Below are positions 60,423 through 64,000 of a stretch of 64,000 bases of DNA, piece by piece. The DNA lies in the NCBI GenBank assembly GCA_964598025.1, contig CAZRAU010000001.1:56201-120200 (forward strand), in the 5' to 3' direction. Position 1 is the stretch's first letter. Each line of letters starts with the position of its first letter. The notes under the pieces were generated by a model, which did no database searches, was not told the origin of the DNA, and was given only the letters and a program-made list of their open reading frames with translations. The DNA is from an uncultured bacterium. GTDB taxonomy: Bacteria > Arandabacterota > Arandabacteria > Arandabacterales > Arandabacteraceae. Made by a program: the position numbers and the translations under genes.

Positions 60423-63173
60423 ATGAGAGGCAGCGCATGCTTACCCCTGTTTGTCCTGGCACTCGTAGTCCTGGCGGTTGCTTCCCCCGGCCTCGCCGTC
60501 GATCAGGCGGCCGAGCACAGGGCCCGCGATTGGGAAGACCGCAGCGAGGTCCCCTGCACCGTCGATATCGAGTCACTCAGACAGCAGGCCGAAGAGGAGG
60601 GCTGGACCTTCACCGTGGGGGAGAACCCTGCCACCCAGTATACGCTTGACCAGCTATGCGGTCTGGTTGTGCCCGAGAACTGGCGGGAAGGTGCGCGGTT
60701 TGTGAAAATGACGCCGCGGCTGAGCCTTCCTTCTTACTATGACTGGCGGGATACCGGTGGCTGCACATCGGTCAAGAACCAGGGCTCATGCGGCAGTTGC
60801 TGGGCCTTCGGTACTGTCGGGCCCCTGGAGTGCAACATCCTCATCAAAGACGGCGTGGAGGTGGATCTTTCCGAGCAGTGGCTTGTAAGCTGTAACACCG
60901 ACGGCTGGGGTTGTGGCGGGGGTTGGTGGGCCCACGATTATCATGAATGGAAGACGGATCCATGCGGGCATGACGGCGCTGTCCTGGAGGAGTACTTCCC
61001 CTACACGGCTACAGACGCTCCATGCAATTGTCCCTATCCCCATGACTACTGGATCGATACCTGGGCCTATATCGGTACAGGCGATATACCGGCAGTGGAT
61101 GACATCAAGCAAGCGATACTGGACTATGGACCGGTATCGGTGGCGATCTGTGTGAACAGCTCGTTTCAAGCCTATACCGGCGGCATATTCTCAGGCCCGA
61201 CCTGCTCCGACATAAGCCATGGAGTGACCCTGGTCGGTTGGGACGACAGCCAGGGTACCAACGGCGTGTGGTTCCTGCGGAACTCATGGGGCCCCGGTTG
61301 GGGAGAAGGCGGCTACATGCGTATCGAGTACGGGGTGTGTGACGTGGGGTACGGGGCGTGCTTCGTGGATTATGCGGGGACGGCCACCTTGAGGGTGACG
61401 CTACCCAACGGCACGCCCGATGTCATTCCCCCCGGCCAGGCAGTGGCCATCGATGTGCGAATCGAGGAGATCTCCGATACCTATGTGCCCGGCACAGGCA
61501 CTCTTCACTACCGCTATGACGGCGGCACCTGGCTCACCTCGGCCCTGGCCCATTTGAGCGGCGACCTCTATGAGGCCACCCTGCCGCCGGCAGCATGCGA
61601 CGACGCACCCGAATATTACTTCAGTGCTCAGGGAGTGGAGAGCGGGACCGTCTATAGTCCCACCGATGCGCCTGCGGGCGTATACACCTCGCTTGTTGGC
61701 ACGACGACCACCTTCTTCACCGATGACTTCGAAACCGATACGGGCTGGACCGTCCAGAACGATCCCAATCTCACCGATGGTCCCTGGGACAGAGGTGTTC
61801 CGGTGGGAGGCGGCGACCGGGGCGATCCCGCGACGGATTATGACGGTTCCGGCAAGTGCTATCTCACCGACAACGTCGATGACAACTCCGATGTGGATGG
61901 GGGCATAACCTGGCTTATCTCACCGGTTATCGATCTCAGCGCAGCCTCGGACGCCAAAGTCGATTATGCTCTATGGTACACCAACAATTTCGGGTCCGAT
62001 CCCGATAATGACCTTTTCATAGTCTATGTTTCCAACAACAACGGCTCGAGCTGGGTCCCCGTGGATACAGTGGGGCCGTCTACCCCGACCCCTATCGAGT
62101 GGACCGAATGCAGTTTCATGGTGGCGGACTATGTCGCGCCCACATCGCAGGTCAAGGTGCGCTTCGAGGCCTCCGATCTGGGTTCCGGCTCGGTTGTCGA
62201 GGCGGGGATCGATGATTTCACGGTTTCGATCTTCGAGTGCGGTACGTCGGTAGACCCGGACTACTCCTTTGTTACCCTGACCCATGAACCCGAAAGCGGT
62301 ATGACCACTTGCCCGGCAGGCGACGGGCCCGCCTACAAGTATGTGAAGGTGACCGTGAGGGACGAATCCAACAATCCGATGCAGGGCATTCCGTCCGGCC
62401 AGATCACATTCTCGATTATACCCGCCGGCGGGGCGACCTATTACGGGACCTTCTCGGCCACGACCACAGCTGTCGATGCCGAGACCGATGCGGCGGGAGA
62501 GATACGCTTCGATCTTGTCGGTGACACGTCGGTCACAGGCGACATCAACATAGAGGCGACGGTGGCCGGAGTGGCCCTTAACGACATGGATGTCCTCTCC
62601 ACAAGGACCGTGGATCTCCGCTTGGACGGCATCGTCGATCTAATCGATCTGTTGAGGTTCGCTGCGGACTACAACACCACCGCTGCGCAAAGTGACTTCG
62701 ACTGGAGCGGCTATGTGGACCTGGTGGATTTCTCCAGGTTCGCGGTGCATTACCTGCATGGTGACCAGTCACTCATTGTGGAGTACGACCCCGATGTCGT
62801 ACTGAACGACAAAGCCCGGGCCATGCTGGAAGGCCTGAGGGGCATCTCGCCCGAGATCGACGAGATGGTGGACCGGATGCTCAACGGCGTGGCCAAACAG
62901 GGCCTGACTCTCAGCTGCTGGCCCAATCCGCTGGGGCAATCCACCAAGGTCACCTATTCGCTGCCCGGCGGGCGGCAGGTTCGTCTGACCGTCCATGATG
63001 TCCGGGGGCGGACAGTGAGGACCCTGGTCGATCGATTCCGTGAGGCCGGTACGCATTCCGAAGTCTGGGAGGGCCGTGACGATGCCGGCAGGCGGGTATC
63101 TCCCGGCATCTACTTCGTAAGGCTCGAAGGCGGCACGCGGGCCCTGCACCAGAGAGTAGTGCTAATCGATTAG
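60423..63173 (+). CDS. secreted papain-family (C1) cysteine peptidase with dockerin-like repeats and C-terminal T9SS sorting domain
   Basis: Signal peptide. The catalytic Cys is in NQGSCGSCWAF, His in SHGVTLVGWD and Asn in NSWGPGWGEGGY. The dockerin-like pair is DLRLDGIVDLIDLLRFAADY and DFDWSGYVDLVDFSRFAVHY. The last ~90 aa (...GIYFVRLEGGTRALHQRVVLID) are a T9SS CTD. An RBS GAAAGGAGG lies 9 nt before the ATG. Confidence 0.85.
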   Translation: MRGSACLPLFVLALVVLAVASPGLAVDQAAEHRARDWEDRSEVPCTVDIESLRQQAEEEGWTFTVGENPATQYTLDQLCGLVVPENWREGARFVKMTPRLSLPSYYDWRDTGGCTSVKNQGSCGSCWAFGTVGPLECNILIKDGVEVDLSEQWLVSCNTDGWGCGGGWWAHDYHEWKTDPCGHDGAVLEEYFPYTATDAPCNCPYPHDYWIDTWAYIGTGDIPAVDDIKQAILDYGPVSVAICVNSSFQAYTGGIFSGPTCSDISHGVTLVGWDDSQGTNGVWFLRNSWGPGWGEGGYMRIEYGVCDVGYGACFVDYAGTATLRVTLPNGTPDVIPPGQAVAIDVRIEEISDTYVPGTGTLHYRYDGGTWLTSALAHLSGDLYEATLPPAACDDAPEYYFSAQGVESGTVYSPTDAPAGVYTSLVGTTTTFFTDDFETDTGWTVQNDPNLTDGPWDRGVPVGGGDRGDPATDYDGSGKCYLTDNVDDNSDVDGGITWLISPVIDLSAASDAKVDYALWYTNNFGSDPDNDLFIVYVSNNNGSSWVPVDTVGPSTPTPIEWTECSFMVADYVAPTSQVKVRFEASDLGSGSVVEAGIDDFTVSIFECGTSVDPDYSFVTLTHEPESGMTTCPAGDGPAYKYVKVTVRDESNNPMQGIPSGQITFSIIPAGGATYYGTFSATTTAVDAETDAAGEIRFDLVGDTSVTGDINIEATVAGVALNDMDVLSTRTVDLRLDGIVDLIDLLRFAADYNTTAAQSDFDWSGYVDLVDFSRFAVHYLHGDQSLIVEYDPDVVLNDKARAMLEGLRGISPEIDEMVDRMLNGVAKQGLTLSCWPNPLGQSTKVTYSLPGGRQVRLTVHDVRGRTVRTLVDRFREAGTHSEVWEGRDDAGRRVSPGIYFVRLEGGTRALHQRVVLID

Positions 63174-63188
63174 AACAGCGGACGCATA

Positions 63189-63223
63189 GGGGCCGGAGCC
63201 CATAAACGGGGCCTCCGGCCCCC
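63189..63223 (+). terminator. GC-rich stem-loop after the peptidase gene (terminator candidate, no U-tract)
   Basis: GGGGCCGGAGCCCC-ataaac-GGGGCCTCCGGCCCC forms a ~14 bp stem. Confidence 0.4.
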
Positions 63224-63275
63224 TCCCCAGATAGAACTTGTAAGGTGCGGGGGTTTGTCCTATATTTCTGCCACC

Positions 63276-64000
63276 ATGCCCAAGAGATCTTCCATAATCA
63301 GGTTGGCACTCGCCCAGGTGAACCTCACGGTCGGCGATGTCAGAGGCAACACGCGGAAAGTGCTGAGGTGGATCGACAAGGCGGACCGGCAGGGGGCAGA
63401 TATAGTCGCCTTTCCCGAGCTCACCCTGGCCGGGTATCCCGCTGAGGACCTGTTGCTCAAGAAGAGGTTTCTCGAGGACTGCCGGTCGGCACTGGAACTT
63501 CTCGCCGGGAAGGTCAGAGGCCCGGTGGCCGTGGTGGGTTTTCCCAGTCTCGGTGATGGGACCCATAACTCCATCGCCGTAATCCATAGGGGCAGGATTG
63601 GCGGCATCTGTAACAAGATCGAGCTCCCCAACTACGGCGTTTTCGACGAAAGGCGCTATTTCTCTCCCGGCAAGCATGCATGTGTATTGGCATTGGACGG
63701 GGTGAGGATCGGCTTGAGCATATGCGAAGACATCTGGCTGGAAGAGGTGACCGCTGCACAAGTGGCCGGGGGCAAGGCCCGGATAATCCTCAACGTGTCA
63801 TGCTCGCCCTACAATGTGGGGAAGGGGGCGCAGAGGGAAGCGTTGATGAAGGCCCGGGCGGCGGCCAACAGTGCATATGTTGCCTACGTCAATCTCGTTG
63901 GGGGCCAGGACGAGCTTGTCTTCGACGGGCACAGCCTGGTGGTCGACCCCGAGGGCAGGATACTTGCACGAGGCAAGCAGTTCGAAGAGGACCTGGTGGT
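63276..64000 (+). CDS. nadE: glutamine-dependent NAD+ synthetase, N-terminal nitrilase/CN-hydrolase domain (gene continues beyond window)
   Basis: Manual translation from the ATG at 63276 gives MPKRSSIIRLALAQVNLTVGDVRGN...VAFPELTLAGYPAEDLLLK...GLSICEDIW. It is open to the window end and not in the ORF track. Confidence 0.8.
   Translation, partial: MPKRSSIIRLALAQVNLTVGDVRGNTRKVLRWIDKADRQGADIVAFPELTLAGYPAEDLLLKKRFLEDCRSALELLAGKVRGPVAVVGFPSLGDGTHNSIAVIHRGRIGGICNKIELPNYGVFDERRYFSPGKHACVLALDGVRIGLSICEDIWLEEVTAAQVAGGKARIILNVSCSPYNVGKGAQREALMKARAAANSAYVAYVNLVGGQDELVFDGHSLVVDPEGRILARGKQFEEDLV

Noticed and set aside
63162-63761. 199-aa minus ORF
   Set aside because: It is antisense to the clearly recognisable nadE N-terminal nitrilase domain.
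1-64000. CRISPR arrays, IS elements, integrases, prophage genes
   Set aside because: I found no regularly spaced direct repeats, no transposase or integrase-like ORFs, and no terminal inverted repeats. The window looks like core chromosome.

Overview
This is a 64-kb, high-GC, densely operonic bacterial chromosomal segment. I found no rRNA, tRNA, CRISPR array, transposase or integrase. Three blocks stand out. (1) A flagellar late-gene super-operon of about 17 kb runs flgF-flgG-flgA-flgH-flgI-flgJ-flgN-flgK-flgL-fliW-csrA. It sits behind a sigma-54-type promoter and continues, through overlapping start and stop codons, into a glycosylation module. That module has a GT9 enzyme, a SAM methyltransferase, a 1321-aa GT2/GT4-like/GT2/TPR mega-glycosyltransferase and a GT2-TPR enzyme. 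A sigma-28-like promoter with a long GGA-rich leader follows, then a short Ser/Thr-rich flagellin, fliS, fliD, flgM and a stator operon flbD-motA-motB-motB'. The stator operon runs on into a signalling tail: an HD-GYP/HDOD fusion, a Zn-ribbon methyltransferase, a pentapeptide-repeat/2TM K+-channel fusion and an HDOD protein. On the opposite strand lie another HDOD gene, an orphan GspE/MshE-type ATPase carrying tandem c-di-GMP-binding MshEN motifs, and a truncated-looking PAS/GAF sensor. (2) A housekeeping run on the minus strand holds a flavoprotein, an S9 peptidase, a small metallopeptidase, four conserved membrane proteins of unknown function, tkt, gpmI and eno. After it come tatA, a DUF1847 protein, an SHMT-like enzyme and a pullulanase with an internally duplicated N-terminal domain. 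(3) Secreted and outer-membrane proteins include two with T9SS C-terminal sorting domains, one of them a C1 cysteine peptidase with dockerin-like repeats. This block also holds an AI-2E transporter and the start of nadE. A gene at the window start (minus strand, 1..765) is missing from the ORF track because it has no stop inside the window. High GC produces many long antisense ORFs, which I rejected. The most promising candidates for an undescribed system are the flagellin-glycosylation module welded onto the flagellar operon and the stator-linked signalling tail (channel, HDOD and HD-GYP) together with the orphan MshEN ATPase.
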